Source of the DNA: a virus
Lineage: Duplodnaviria; Caudoviricetes
Direction: 5' to 3' (one strand)
Length of the DNA: 30,127 nt
Virus record (IMG/VR): IMGVR_UViG_3300011334_000333
Span: 1 to 30,127 of that record
The position numbers and the translations under genes are program-made. The notes beneath the pieces were generated by a model. It saw nothing but the letters and a program-made list of their open reading frames with translations, was not told the DNA's origin and did no database searches. Positions 9,260 through 17,786 of this stretch are shown here, one piece after another. The first letter of the stretch is position 1; each line of letters starts with the position of its first letter.

Positions 9260-9636
9260 AACTTCAAATATTTATCAATTATCTCAATCGCTTGGTCAAA
9301 CTCCCACGCAAAGATTGAGTAATACCCTTTGTGTTTTAACTCCTCAATGCTTCGACTTTGATTTTCTAGGTGTTCACTTTTTAACAATGTACCGTCTTTC
9401 TTGTACGGACTTTTAATTTTCAACTCAATAAATAAACCATGCCAACCGCCTTTTGGCTCTAGTATTATCAAATCAGGACAATGAAAACCGCTCTTTTGAA
9501 TTGACTTATTTCTGAGTTGCGCTTGCGGTGTCAATTTCATGTTTGCAATGGTGTCACTCAAAAACAAAATTTTGGGGTGCTGTAACTTTAACCATTTGCA
9601 AATTTGTTGCTGTAATCTAAATTCGTCGTGTTTCAT
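9256..9636 (-). CDS. VRR-NUC (PD-(D/E)XK) nuclease / resolvase
   Basis: 'EFRLQQQICKWL', 'PDLIILEP..GWHGLFIELK', 'ENQ...IEELKHKGY'; start moved to MKHDEF (ATG 9636). Confidence 0.8.
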   Translation of the reverse strand: MKHDEFRLQQQICKWLKLQHPKILFLSDTIANMKLTPQAQLRNKSIQKSGFHCPDLIILEPKGGWHGLFIELKIKSPYKKDGTLLKSEHLENQSRSIEELKHKGYYSIFAWEFDQAIEIIDKYLKL

Positions 9637-9647
9637 AATTTTATTTT

Positions 9648-10496
9648 TTAAAGTCCACAATATCCGCTGTCGCAACTTGAAAAGTCGTTGTCATCAAATA
9701 AATTACCTTGTAAGTTAAATTTTAGAATGCTTGACATACTAGCATCACTTAAAAAAGTATTTCCCGTTTTCAATTCTTGACTTTGAAACCATTTAACCTT
9801 ATCAATATCTTTACTAGCCATGTGTGAAATCATTAAAGGATTACGATTAACGCAAGCTACACAGTTATTTCGATATGCAAATCTAACGGGTTTATCGTTC
9901 CAATAGCTATAGATAATATCTTTTGTAATATTTTCATCTATCAAAGGGAAACTTGCTTTTCGATAAGGAACTAAACCCCATTTATTTTGTGTTTTTCTTT
10001 TCCCTACAATAGTTTTAAAATATTCAAAACCGTCTTTATCTGCCCTTGCAAGCATATTTTCTGCTCTTTCCTTTTCATTTGGTCTATATCCAATTCTCAT
10101 TTCGCATGGTATAGAATTTTGGTCTTTAAGAAAATTAAATATAGGTTCTATTTTCATTTTTACCGTACAAAATCTGTTAGCCTTGTTTGGTAAATAATTA
10201 CCCGCTTTTTTTATAACTTGCTCAAATGTATCTCCAGAAATCCAATCTATCTTTTTCCCTATAAATTGTTCAAGGTCTAAAATTGTGTAAATAATTTCAT
10301 CCATTTCAGCTGTACCAATAAACTCTTTATCTATTTTGTCAGATACTATTTGGCGAGTCTTTTCATCTTTACCTTTCATCCAAAGACAATTTGTGTCTTC
10401 AACTCTTACAAGTGAAAATACATTTATGTCAGCTGGAAAATGTTTTGCTAAGTATGCAGATGTTTTACCACCGCTTATTGAGTTTACTGTTTTCAT
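9648..10496 (-). CDS. PAPS-reductase-like (PP-loop) protein with Cys clusters
   Basis: 'SISGGKTSAYL', 'RFCTVKMKI', 'NCVAC', 'CDSGYC'; start moved to MKTVNS (ATGA overlap 10493-10496). Confidence 0.8.
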   Translation of the reverse strand: MKTVNSISGGKTSAYLAKHFPADINVFSLVRVEDTNCLWMKGKDEKTRQIVSDKIDKEFIGTAEMDEIIYTILDLEQFIGKKIDWISGDTFEQVIKKAGNYLPNKANRFCTVKMKIEPIFNFLKDQNSIPCEMRIGYRPNEKERAENMLARADKDGFEYFKTIVGKRKTQNKWGLVPYRKASFPLIDENITKDIIYSYWNDKPVRFAYRNNCVACVNRNPLMISHMASKDIDKVKWFQSQELKTGNTFLSDASMSSILKFNLQGNLFDDNDFSSCDSGYCGL

Positions 10497-10744
10497 ATCT
10501 CGTTGTTTATGTATAATTGTTTCAATATCTCTATTACTATGCTTTTCGCACGCTGGCAATCTTTACTTGTTCGTGGATTAATTTTCTTATCAATAATCGC
10601 TTGTACTATTTCCTTTTGTTTTATTACGCTAAAATGCGAATTTTGAGAAATAAAATGTCCACAGTCTACTTTCTGATTATCGAAAGTTAAAACCAAATCG
10701 CACAACTCCAAAAATGGTTTTTTATTTAGTTCTTCAAATGTCAT
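10493..10744 (-). CDS. Hypothetical protein (~83 aa)
   Basis: ORF track; likely start MTFEEL at 10744 (ATGA overlap). Confidence 0.65.
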   Translation of the reverse strand: MTFEELNKKPFLELCDLVLTFDNQKVDCGHFISQNSHFSVIKQKEIVQAIIDKKINPRTSKDCQRAKSIVIEILKQLYINNEI

Positions 10745-11445
10745 AGATTCGTGAATAAATAAAAGTGATACAATAATTCCTTTGTCCAAAATACAGGAAT
10801 ATTTTGTGATTCGTCGATAAATAATCCAAAGTGTTCGTTTTTATGTCGCGCTACTATCTTAGAATTTTCCTCATCCAAATCATTTTCGGCTTGTTCTTTC
10901 AGCATTTCAGCGTTCTTCACGTCGAACTCATGGCGTTTACCTATCGCGCACTTTTCGTAAATAGTTAATTCTTGACCGTCTTTCCATTTTCTAACCGCAT
11001 CTTGTAAAAATTGGTTTGCTTCATTCGCGAACTCCTGGACCTTTTTTTCTTCGGTATGCAATTCAAATGAAGCGCGCGAAACTTTTGATTTTTTCAGTAA
11101 GTAAGAATCTATAATCCTAAAAACTTCGCTTAGCTTGAAAAATTGGTTAATGTCAGTTTTATTATCAATGATTTCTTGAAAGATAAAATCTATTTCGCTT
11201 GTGCTAATCTTACCGCGTTTTTTTTGCGTTTGCGCGACGAACTCCGATACTGTGGTAATATCTATTTCTTTTGAGTAGAAAATCGTTCCTAGTCGCTTAA
11301 TTGATAAACTAAGCGTAGGATTAACCATTTCTTTAGGTTGCTTTTCTATTTCTTGACCGTATGAAGTCAAAAATTTTAGTTCTTCATTACTAAAGTTGAT
11401 TCGTAACGCGTTCAATTTCTTTTTCAAGTTTTCTATTTTCTGCAT
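10741..11445 (-). CDS. Hypothetical protein in replication module (234 aa)
   Basis: ORF track; helical; downstream of the initiator. Confidence 0.7.
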   Translation of the reverse strand: MQKIENLKKKLNALRINFSNEELKFLTSYGQEIEKQPKEMVNPTLSLSIKRLGTIFYSKEIDITTVSEFVAQTQKKRGKISTSEIDFIFQEIIDNKTDINQFFKLSEVFRIIDSYLLKKSKVSRASFELHTEEKKVQEFANEANQFLQDAVRKWKDGQELTIYEKCAIGKRHEFDVKNAEMLKEQAENDLDEENSKIVARHKNEHFGLFIDESQNIPVFWTKELLYHFYLFTNL

Positions 11446-11737
11446 CTTGTATTTCTTTTTCTGTGAATAAATGTTTCAATATGTTTTGAACTCCTAGTTT
11501 CGTGTCGGCTTGTATTTCGATTCCAGTTGCTAACTTCATAATCACGTTTCCTATTTCCTTTGGTGTCGTATGTGGTCGCGCTTTCATTATTAACCGTTCC
11601 CAAAGTATAAATTGTTCATCTGTGTACGCGTATGCCGTTAGCGCGTTAAATGTTTTTATAGCTTTCCCTATTTCGCTAGTCGTCGAAGCAACTGAGGTCG
11701 TACGGCTCGCTTGTAACTCGTTTTTCTGATTTTCCAT
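11390..11737 (-). CDS. Hypothetical protein after the initiator (possible loader-type partner)
   Basis: ORF track; function suggested by position only. Confidence 0.6.
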   Translation of the reverse strand: MENQKNELQASRTTSVASTTSEIGKAIKTFNALTAYAYTDEQFILWERLIMKARPHTTPKEIGNVIMKLATGIEIQADTKLGVQNILKHLFTEKEIQDAENRKLEKEIERVTNQL

Positions 11738-12536
11738 AATTTTGTGCTTTTGTTATTAATTGGTCGAATTTTTCTCTAAGTTTTTCTGTTGTTTGAATTT
11801 GTTGTTTCCAGAATAAATCTTTTTTCAGCAAGTCAAAGACTAATAGCATTTCGTCGCGCGTTCGGTTATCGTTAGTAGCTAGTAGCCGAATAGGTGTTAC
11901 ACATTTTTTGTATGTAGTTTTTTCAAGGTGCGCCCAACGTACTTGTAAATCAATCGCGTTCTGATGGAATAATTGATAAAAAGCATTCGCTACATTATAA
12001 TAATCAATTTGTTCTTGTGGGACGTCTGAAATGATAATTTCTGACATAAGAGAATTCTCTATACTTTTCTTTGGTTTAGTATAGTTTACTTTACTTTGTG
12101 GGTTTCTGTTCTTTTTAGGTTTATCTTGTGGGGTTTCTGTACTACATAAACTAGGTAACTGCATACATAAACCATCGAAAGTGATACATTTATTAGTTCG
12201 CCTCGCATAAGCATCTTGAATACTATCAATTAATTTGTCTGACCATACTACGCGCTTATTCCATGCAATAGGATTAATTTCTTCAATCTTGCAAAGGTCA
12301 TCTAAAATAGAAATAAGTTTGTCAGGGTCAACGCGACATTTTGCAGAAACGTATAAAATATCCGCTTCATTTTCTAAAAGTAAATAATGATTTTCAGTTG
12401 ATGCGAGTATCTCCAGGATTTTAAACCAAGTCGCGTATCCATCGTTTCCGTATTTATGTTCAATAAAAAACATTTTCTTTCCATCACTTATGTAATGTGG
12501 GAAATAGTCTACGGTTTTTCTTTCGGGTCTTGCCAT
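11676..12536 (-). CDS. Replication initiator-like protein (DUF4373 / Lin1244-type N-terminus)
   Basis: 'MARPERKTVDYFPH...IEHKYGNDGYATWFKILEIL', 'QSKVNYTK' linker, C-terminal 'DLFWKQQIQTTEKLREKFDQL' resembling lambda-O-like C-domains. Start taken at 12536; an in-frame ATG also exists at 12548. Confidence 0.75.
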   Translation of the reverse strand: MARPERKTVDYFPHYISDGKKMFFIEHKYGNDGYATWFKILEILASTENHYLLLENEADILYVSAKCRVDPDKLISILDDLCKIEEINPIAWNKRVVWSDKLIDSIQDAYARRTNKCITFDGLCMQLPSLCSTETPQDKPKKNRNPQSKVNYTKPKKSIENSLMSEIIISDVPQEQIDYYNVANAFYQLFHQNAIDLQVRWAHLEKTTYKKCVTPIRLLATNDNRTRDEMLLVFDLLKKDLFWKQQIQTTEKLREKFDQLITKAQNYGKSEKRVTSEPYDLSCFDD

Positions 12537-12670
12537 TTGTGCATGCATTTAAATTGAAAAAGCCTCGTTCAACTTTCGGGCATGCACTCCCTAATCATCA
12601 AACAAGGCTTTAAATAACTTCTTTTGGTCTTAACTGAATAAAATGTGCATCTATTATTCAAACCGTTTGA
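12537..12670 (-). promoter_or_regulatory. Structured 5' leader of the initiator gene
   Basis: Two hairpins, a 14-bp stem ending in U5, and loop complementarity to two flanking sites. Confidence 0.65.
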
Positions 12671-12678
12671 CAAAGATA
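12671..12678 (-). promoter_or_regulatory. Host-type -7 element (TATCTTTG) for the replication operon
   Basis: TAnnTTTG, intergenic, immediately followed by palindrome TCAAAC-G-GTTTGA. Confidence 0.65.
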
Positions 12679-12694
12679 CAAAATTATTTCTTAA

Positions 12695-12982
12695 CTACGG
12701 CAAAATAACTTTCATTTCTTCCGCTACTTTGTCGAACTCGTTAACGCAGTCGATGTAGTTTTGACTTTGGTCTGGCATCTTAGCCGTTAAGTCGTATAAC
12801 TCAATCTCATGCTTTCTAAGGAACTTTTGAACGTGTAGAATAAAGTCGTTGTACTCTTTCTTTTTGAGTTGTTTAAACTTGTTTCCCTCGCCAGTAACTT
12901 TGTCGAGCGTGTGAATAGCTGACTGTATTTGCATTGTAGCCATTACGATGTGTGCTAGATCGTCTTTTTGTGGTTGTGTCAT
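12695..12982 (-). CDS. Hypothetical protein (95 aa)
   Basis: ORF track. Confidence 0.7.
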   Translation of the reverse strand: MTQPQKDDLAHIVMATMQIQSAIHTLDKVTGEGNKFKQLKKKEYNDFILHVQKFLRKHEIELYDLTAKMPDQSQNYIDCVNEFDKVAEEMKVILP

Positions 12983-12983
12983 A

Positions 12984-15164
12984 TCAAAATAATGTTAACG
13001 TGCTGTTTTTTTCCTCGATGCAATCTTTGTGGTTTTTCGCATTTAGAGCAAAGTAACTTTCTTTCAATTCAATTGATATTGATTTACGATTCATCTTTAA
13101 AGCACAAAAACCCTCGCTACCAATACCGCCAAATGGACTAAATACTGTTTCGCCCTCATTTGAGTACAAGTGAATAATTCTTTCAATTGTATCTAATTGC
13201 AAAGGGCAAATATGCTTTTCGTCATTTCCATCACGCCCAGAACGATATTGCAAAGTTCTGGAATAGTCAATATCATACCAAACTGGGGATGCGTATTTTT
13301 GCCACAAATCAACTGGTAAATAATCTTTTTTACTTTGGTCGGTATCTTGGTGTGTAATTGGCGTTTCGTTATCGCCCTCGTTTCTAAAAAATAAAACGTA
13401 ATCTGGAATACCTACTCTAGTCATTGAACTATCTTTTTTAATAGTTTTATGAAGTAATCCTAATGCTTTTGTTCTTTGCATTTCAGTTACTGGATTTTTC
13501 CATATTGTTGTTCTTGAATGGTAAACAAATCCATTTTCTTGAAACCAATCAATCAACATTCCAGAAAAGTCACGCAAACCAATATATCCCTCTTTTCCTT
13601 TTTGAATAGGTAAATCCATACAATGAATTGCACAAATACGCCCACTTTTCAAAACTCGTTTAAGTTCTGGAATAAGGAATTTAAAATGTTGCTCAAATTG
13701 AGTATAATCACTTACATTTCCCATATCTTCCTCTTTATCTGAATAGACATACAACTCAGCAAATGGAGGACTGAAAACGATTAAATCTGCTGAATTATCA
13801 GCAATGTTTTTACTTTCTTGAACGCAATCACCATTGATAATATGGTAATCGTTTGTTTTTACTTCTTTTTTCACAATATTAACTTTTGATTTTGCTGATT
13901 TATAATTTGCTTCACTTGAATAACGGCTCATTTCTTGAATCATTTCTAAGTGCCTTTGTTGTTTTTCCAGAATTGTTGCACGAACATTAATTTGACTTTC
14001 TGGAATTAAAATATGAACGGTTACTTTATTTTTTTGACCAAAACGATAGCAACGTCTAACGGCTTGATAAAATTGTTCAAACTTGAAATCATAAGACATA
14101 AATACCATTTCATTACAGTTTTGGTAATTCATACCGAATGAAGCGATTGAAGTCTTTGTAACAAGTACTTTGAATTCATTTCTTGCGAATCCATTAAGAT
14201 GCTTTGCTTTGTATTCTGGACTATCAGAACCTTGTACATTAATAGCGTTTTCAAGTTCCTTTGAAACAATATCCGTTTCATTATTTTTCAATCCCCAAAC
14301 AATTACTTGACCGTTTGAATTACTTACAATCTCTTTTGTTTTTTCGATTCTTAAATCAAATGACCTGCTTAAATCTTTATGTAAATCAGTAGCGCTTACT
14401 GCAACATCTCCAAATAAAGTATTTGTAAGGTTTTCAACTGGTATAATATGCTCAATATACTCTATTTCTGGGAGTGAATATCCATCATGATTAAAACCTA
14501 AAGTATTCGGATTATCGCAAGCCATTGACCAAGTACATACATATTTCCAAAATGGATCCTTTGCGTGCTTTCTCAATCTCCATTTACTTGTTTCGCCACC
14601 GTCATGAACAAAATACATTGCAAGCATTTCCAAATAAGACATTGCGCCTAAAAACTCCGAATGTTGACCAAGTTCCATATGGTCGTTTGGGGATGGTGTT
14701 GCAGTACAAGCAAGTTTGTAAGGAGTGTTTTTAAATGAATCAATTATCAAACTAGATAATTTACCATCACGACCTTTTAGAATTGAACTTTCATCGAGTA
14801 CAACTCCAGAATAAATACTACAATCAACATTTTTTAGTTGGTCGTAATTTGTAATATCAAAACATTCATTTGAAATTCCAAACTTAATCGATTCTTCTTT
14901 TGTTTGTTCAACAACTGCCAATGGTGCAAGAATCAAAACTTTTTTATTCGTTTGCTTGAAAACTGCATCACTCCATGAAAGTTGCATTAAAGTTTTACCT
15001 AATCCACAATCAAAAAACAATGCAAATCGACCTTTACTTAATGCTGTTTTTACTGCGAATTTTTGAAAGTCAAATAGATTTTGATTTAATTCATTTTCAT
15101 TAACATCAAAACCACTTTCAATAAATGATTTTTTCTTAGTGTCTAAGAAGTTTTTATAATCCAT
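12984..15164 (-). CDS. SNF2-like helicase fused to an N4/N6 DNA methyltransferase
   Basis: 'DCGLGKT', 'VLDESS', 'TATPSPND', 'QAVRRCYRFGQ', then 'GDCV', catalytic 'FSPPF', 'KHICPLQ' and SAM-binding 'FSPFGGIGSEG' (beta-class order). Confidence 0.9.
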   Translation of the reverse strand: MDYKNFLDTKKKSFIESGFDVNENELNQNLFDFQKFAVKTALSKGRFALFFDCGLGKTLMQLSWSDAVFKQTNKKVLILAPLAVVEQTKEESIKFGISNECFDITNYDQLKNVDCSIYSGVVLDESSILKGRDGKLSSLIIDSFKNTPYKLACTATPSPNDHMELGQHSEFLGAMSYLEMLAMYFVHDGGETSKWRLRKHAKDPFWKYVCTWSMACDNPNTLGFNHDGYSLPEIEYIEHIIPVENLTNTLFGDVAVSATDLHKDLSRSFDLRIEKTKEIVSNSNGQVIVWGLKNNETDIVSKELENAINVQGSDSPEYKAKHLNGFARNEFKVLVTKTSIASFGMNYQNCNEMVFMSYDFKFEQFYQAVRRCYRFGQKNKVTVHILIPESQINVRATILEKQQRHLEMIQEMSRYSSEANYKSAKSKVNIVKKEVKTNDYHIINGDCVQESKNIADNSADLIVFSPPFAELYVYSDKEEDMGNVSDYTQFEQHFKFLIPELKRVLKSGRICAIHCMDLPIQKGKEGYIGLRDFSGMLIDWFQENGFVYHSRTTIWKNPVTEMQRTKALGLLHKTIKKDSSMTRVGIPDYVLFFRNEGDNETPITHQDTDQSKKDYLPVDLWQKYASPVWYDIDYSRTLQYRSGRDGNDEKHICPLQLDTIERIIHLYSNEGETVFSPFGGIGSEGFCALKMNRKSISIELKESYFALNAKNHKDCIEEKNSTLTLF

Positions 15165-15186
15165 ACTTTTTTCGTTTAAGTGTCTG

Positions 15187-15213
15187 CAAATTTAATGAAA
15201 ACATTTTAATAAA
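15187..15213 (-). promoter_or_regulatory. Early promoter (TAAATTTG) with TTTATTAAAAT box
   Basis: TAnnTTTG upstream of ATG 15164. Confidence 0.65.
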
Positions 15214-15226
15214 CTTGCATTTTTTA

Positions 15227-15574
15227 TTATTTTTTTAACTCTGGCATTAAAACCATTTTAAAACCTACTTTTTGATTCCCTTGTTCCGCCCAAGTATTCA
15301 TCACTTGAACGGGTTTTTGTCTCGATTCTATTATCCACATCCAATTGTCTTTGAAAAAATCGTTATGATCTACCAAATCTTTTTGCGACTTTTCCAAATT
15401 TCTGATACTTGAAATGTTGCACCTGAATACTACCATTAAATCCCGCTTGCTGTAACCTTGTTTTCGTAGGTGTGCGTACACTAATTTTTTTAAGGTAACT
15501 AAGTAGCTTAATCTGTACTTTTCGTGGTGTTGAGGGTTAAAATACTCAATAAATACATCTAAAGGCTCTTTCAT
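15227..15574 (-). CDS. Hypothetical protein, possible HTH (115 aa)
   Basis: 'LRKQGYSKRDLMVVFRCNISSIRNL' is HTH-like. Confidence 0.6.
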   Translation of the reverse strand: MKEPLDVFIEYFNPQHHEKYRLSYLVTLKKLVYAHLRKQGYSKRDLMVVFRCNISSIRNLEKSQKDLVDHNDFFKDNWMWIIESRQKPVQVMNTWAEQGNQKVGFKMVLMPELKK

Positions 15575-15759
15575 TTTATCAAAGTGTAACTATTAGTAAA
15601 ATGTTCAACTGACTTTCCGAACTCACTTTTGTGCTTCGTGGTGTCTTGCTCTAAAATATTATACCATACCATTTTGTCAACTATGTAAGTTATCTCTACG
15701 ATTTGATGCCTTGTTACATTACTCCATTTCTGTCCTACTTTTACTTCTTCTACTATCAT
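15571..15759 (-). CDS. Hypothetical protein (62 aa)
   Basis: ORF track; coupled overlaps. Confidence 0.7.
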   Translation of the reverse strand: MIVEEVKVGQKWSNVTRHQIVEITYIVDKMVWYNILEQDTTKHKSEFGKSVEHFTNSYTLIK

Positions 15760-15977
15760 CTTAAAAAATATTTGATTATTTGTATTTTACTTAATTTTAC
15801 AAAGGCAAATTTACCCTCTATTCTTTGCATTACTCCGCCAACTTTTAAGGCAAGTTTAACGTTGCATTTTCTGCAACAAATACATTTACCTTGACTGGAC
15901 TTAATTTGGTACTTACTAGAATCCTTTTTGAATAAAAACAAAGGTTTCCTTTTATCGCATTTATAACAACGTTTCAT
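15756..15977 (-). CDS. Small zinc-finger-like protein
   Basis: 'CYKC...CICCRKC'. Confidence 0.7.
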   Translation of the reverse strand: MKRCYKCDKRKPLFLFKKDSSKYQIKSSQGKCICCRKCNVKLALKVGGVMQRIEGKFAFVKLSKIQIIKYFLR

Positions 15978-16196
15978 TTAAAAATTCATTTTACTAGGGT
16001 AAATAGCGCACTCGATGCCGTTTACTAATTCTATTCGTGGCTCAATTACGTAATCTATTTTAAATGAATACTCTTTATTAGACTCAATCTCATTCGCTCG
16101 TTTGACTTTCTCTAGTATCTTATCAAAAATACTTTTAAGTTCTTTACAGTCGTTAAAATTAGCGTCTATGCTTATTATTTTAGGTTTCGCTTTCAT
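15978..16196 (-). CDS. Hypothetical protein (72 aa)
   Basis: ORF track; abuts neighbours. Confidence 0.7.
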   Translation of the reverse strand: MKAKPKIISIDANFNDCKELKSIFDKILEKVKRANEIESNKEYSFKIDYVIEPRIELVNGIECAIYPSKMNF

Positions 16197-16199
16197 TAT

Positions 16200-16451
16200 T
16201 TACTTCTTAAGTATTAACAATGTTTGATTCTCTCCGTTTATTCCAACTGCGTGGATAATGTTTCCAATCTCTTTCATTTTGATAACTACTTGAAACATAT
16301 CAAAACTAATAACTGGATTTTTTGCAGTTCCTTTTTTCGCTAAATAACGCTCTATTGTCGTTTCTTTAAGCCAAGAGGGGCTAAATCTAGTACCCTCTTG
16401 TTTTGACCTCGCTAATGCTTTGTAGCGGTTTAAAATAGTTTCTTGTTCCAT
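16200..16451 (-). CDS. Hypothetical basic protein (83 aa)
   Basis: ORF track. Confidence 0.65.
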   Translation of the reverse strand: MEQETILNRYKALARSKQEGTRFSPSWLKETTIERYLAKKGTAKNPVISFDMFQVVIKMKEIGNIIHAVGINGENQTLLILKK

Positions 16452-16633
16452 GTTGCTAAAATTGCGTTTCCTATTGCTTGATCGTCCTCAGGTGATACGT
16501 AACCGATATTTCTATTTCTGTAATAAAGCCAAGCTCTTTTAAGGCTTCGTGGAAAATTACCTATTACTGAACTTGGTCCACATTTAAAATTTAACCAAGC
16601 CATTTTCATAACTTCTTTTTTTGAGATTTTCAT
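16430..16633 (-). CDS. Hypothetical protein (67 aa)
   Basis: 'SKKEVMKMAW...FPRSLKRAW' pattern seen in small early phage proteins. Confidence 0.7.
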   Translation of the reverse strand: MKISKKEVMKMAWLNFKCGPSSVIGNFPRSLKRAWLYYRNRNIGYVSPEDDQAIGNAILATWNKKLF

Positions 16634-16636
16634 AAC

Positions 16637-16822
16637 TTAATCGTTTAAAATGTAATCGTAACTAATAACTGTGTTTAATTTACCATTGAAATAAACGTTT
16701 CTAATGTACATACCGATGGTATTCCACTCAATCATGCCTTTTGCACTGCATGAAGTGTACTTTTGAGATTCTCTACGGTTTGTCGCTTTTTCTGATGCTG
16801 TAATTTTAGCTTTAATTCTCAT
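16637..16822 (-). CDS. Hypothetical protein (61 aa)
   Basis: ORF track; preceded by the AAACG leader motif. Confidence 0.65.
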   Translation of the reverse strand: MRIKAKITASEKATNRRESQKYTSCSAKGMIEWNTIGMYIRNVYFNGKLNTVISYDYILND

Positions 16823-16845
16823 AACTTTTTCGTTTAAATATTAAT

Positions 16846-16865
16846 GTGCGTTACAGTCGCACCCC
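16846..16865 (-). repeat. Intergenic hairpin copy 1: GGG-GTGCG-ACTGTAA-CGCAC
   Basis: Similar copy at 17449-17471. Confidence 0.6.
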
Positions 16866-16873
16866 TAAGATTA

Positions 16874-17071
16874 TTAATCCATTTTTTGCAATAAAGGTAA
16901 TATTTGCTTATTAGTTTTAAAACTATAAAACATACAATTTCGACCTCTAGCATCGTATTCATTTTTAGATACTACTCCAAGTTCGCATTTTGTTTTGTAA
17001 AACTTCATTAAACCATCAGTAATAAAAACTACATCTGTGTTTACTTCTAAGTTTGTTTGAGCTAAATTCAT
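16874..17071 (-). CDS. Hypothetical protein (65 aa)
   Basis: ORF track; has its own promoter and the AAACG leader. Confidence 0.7.
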   Translation of the reverse strand: MNLAQTNLEVNTDVVFITDGLMKFYKTKCELGVVSKNEYDARGRNCMFYSFKTNKQILPLLQKMD

Positions 17072-17094
17072 AATCTTTTCCGTTTTCGTTTCTA

Positions 17095-17126
17095 CAAATG
17101 TACGAAAACATTTTAATTAAATACAA
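17095..17126 (-). promoter_or_regulatory. Early promoter TTG-N21-TACATTTG with TTAATTAAAAT box
   Basis: Consensus match just downstream of a terminator. Confidence 0.7.
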
Positions 17127-17155
17127 CTTTTTTAAATTATTTTTGAAATAAAATG

Positions 17156-17190
17156 AAAAAATCCGTTAAACTCTAGGAATAACGGATTTT
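17156..17190 (-). terminator. Intrinsic terminator after the recombination operon
   Basis: AAAATCCGTTA / TAACGGATTTT 11-bp stem, U6 tail on the minus strand. Confidence 0.8.
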
Positions 17191-17235
17191 GAAATGTGTA
17201 CTTATGCTTTATGCAGTGATACGCCATTGATTAAT

Positions 17236-17433
17236 TTACACAAATTTTTGAAGTACTAAATGTTTTTTTCGTCTTTCTTCTAGTTTCGGACTTATAATAT
17301 TGTGGTCAAAACCGAAAGAAAATATCTCTTTCCCTTTCAAATATGCTTTTAAATGTGCTTTATCAAACGCAGTAGGATTAATTGTGTTTCCTAAAAATCT
17401 GCGTGACTGTCTTGGTTTTTTCAAATGATTCAT
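17236..17433 (-). CDS. Hypothetical basic protein (65 aa)
   Basis: ORF track; 'FDKAHLKAYLKG' motif. Confidence 0.7.
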   Translation of the reverse strand: MNHLKKPRQSRRFLGNTINPTAFDKAHLKAYLKGKEIFSFGFDHNIISPKLEERRKKHLVLQKFV

Positions 17434-17448
17434 AACTTCTATTTTAAT

Positions 17449-17471
17449 ATGCGTTAAAGATGCGCACCCCC
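17449..17471 (-). repeat. Intergenic hairpin copy 2: GGGG-GTGCG-CATCTTTAA-CGCAT
   Basis: Same stem, G-run, loop ending TAA and trailing ATTAA as copy 1. Confidence 0.6.
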
Positions 17472-17480
17472 TTGTTTAAT

Positions 17481-17774
17481 TTAAAATGGCATATCAGTTT
17501 CAGCAACTGCATTATCACTTGGCAAATCATTCTGAATAGACTTTTCAGCTACTTTAATAACGCCATCCGTCCAAATTACCCTACCGTTTGCGAAGTAGGT
17601 TTTCTTTGCGCCAGACTCTCGTTCCTCTTTTGTTTGGTTGTAGCACATTGAAACGTTGTTATCGTATTTCGTTTCGTTGTTTACGCTAATACTTACATTC
17701 AAGTATTTTCCGTCTTTAAGTTTTGATTTGTCAATCTTTGTTACATCAATCGACATTTGGATTATTGCACTCAT
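17481..17774 (-). CDS. Probable single-stranded DNA-binding protein
   Basis: Beta-rich 97 aa with acidic tail ending 'ETDMPF'; follows the exonuclease. Confidence 0.65.
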   Translation of the reverse strand: MSAIIQMSIDVTKIDKSKLKDGKYLNVSISVNNETKYDNNVSMCYNQTKEERESGAKKTYFANGRVIWTDGVIKVAEKSIQNDLPSDNAVAETDMPF

Positions 17775-17786
17775 ATTTACTTTATT

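Noticed and set aside
10630-10680. 'VDCGHFISQ' resembling a NinG/HNH motif
   Set aside because: Flanking CxxC and Asn motifs are absent; too short to call a nuclease.
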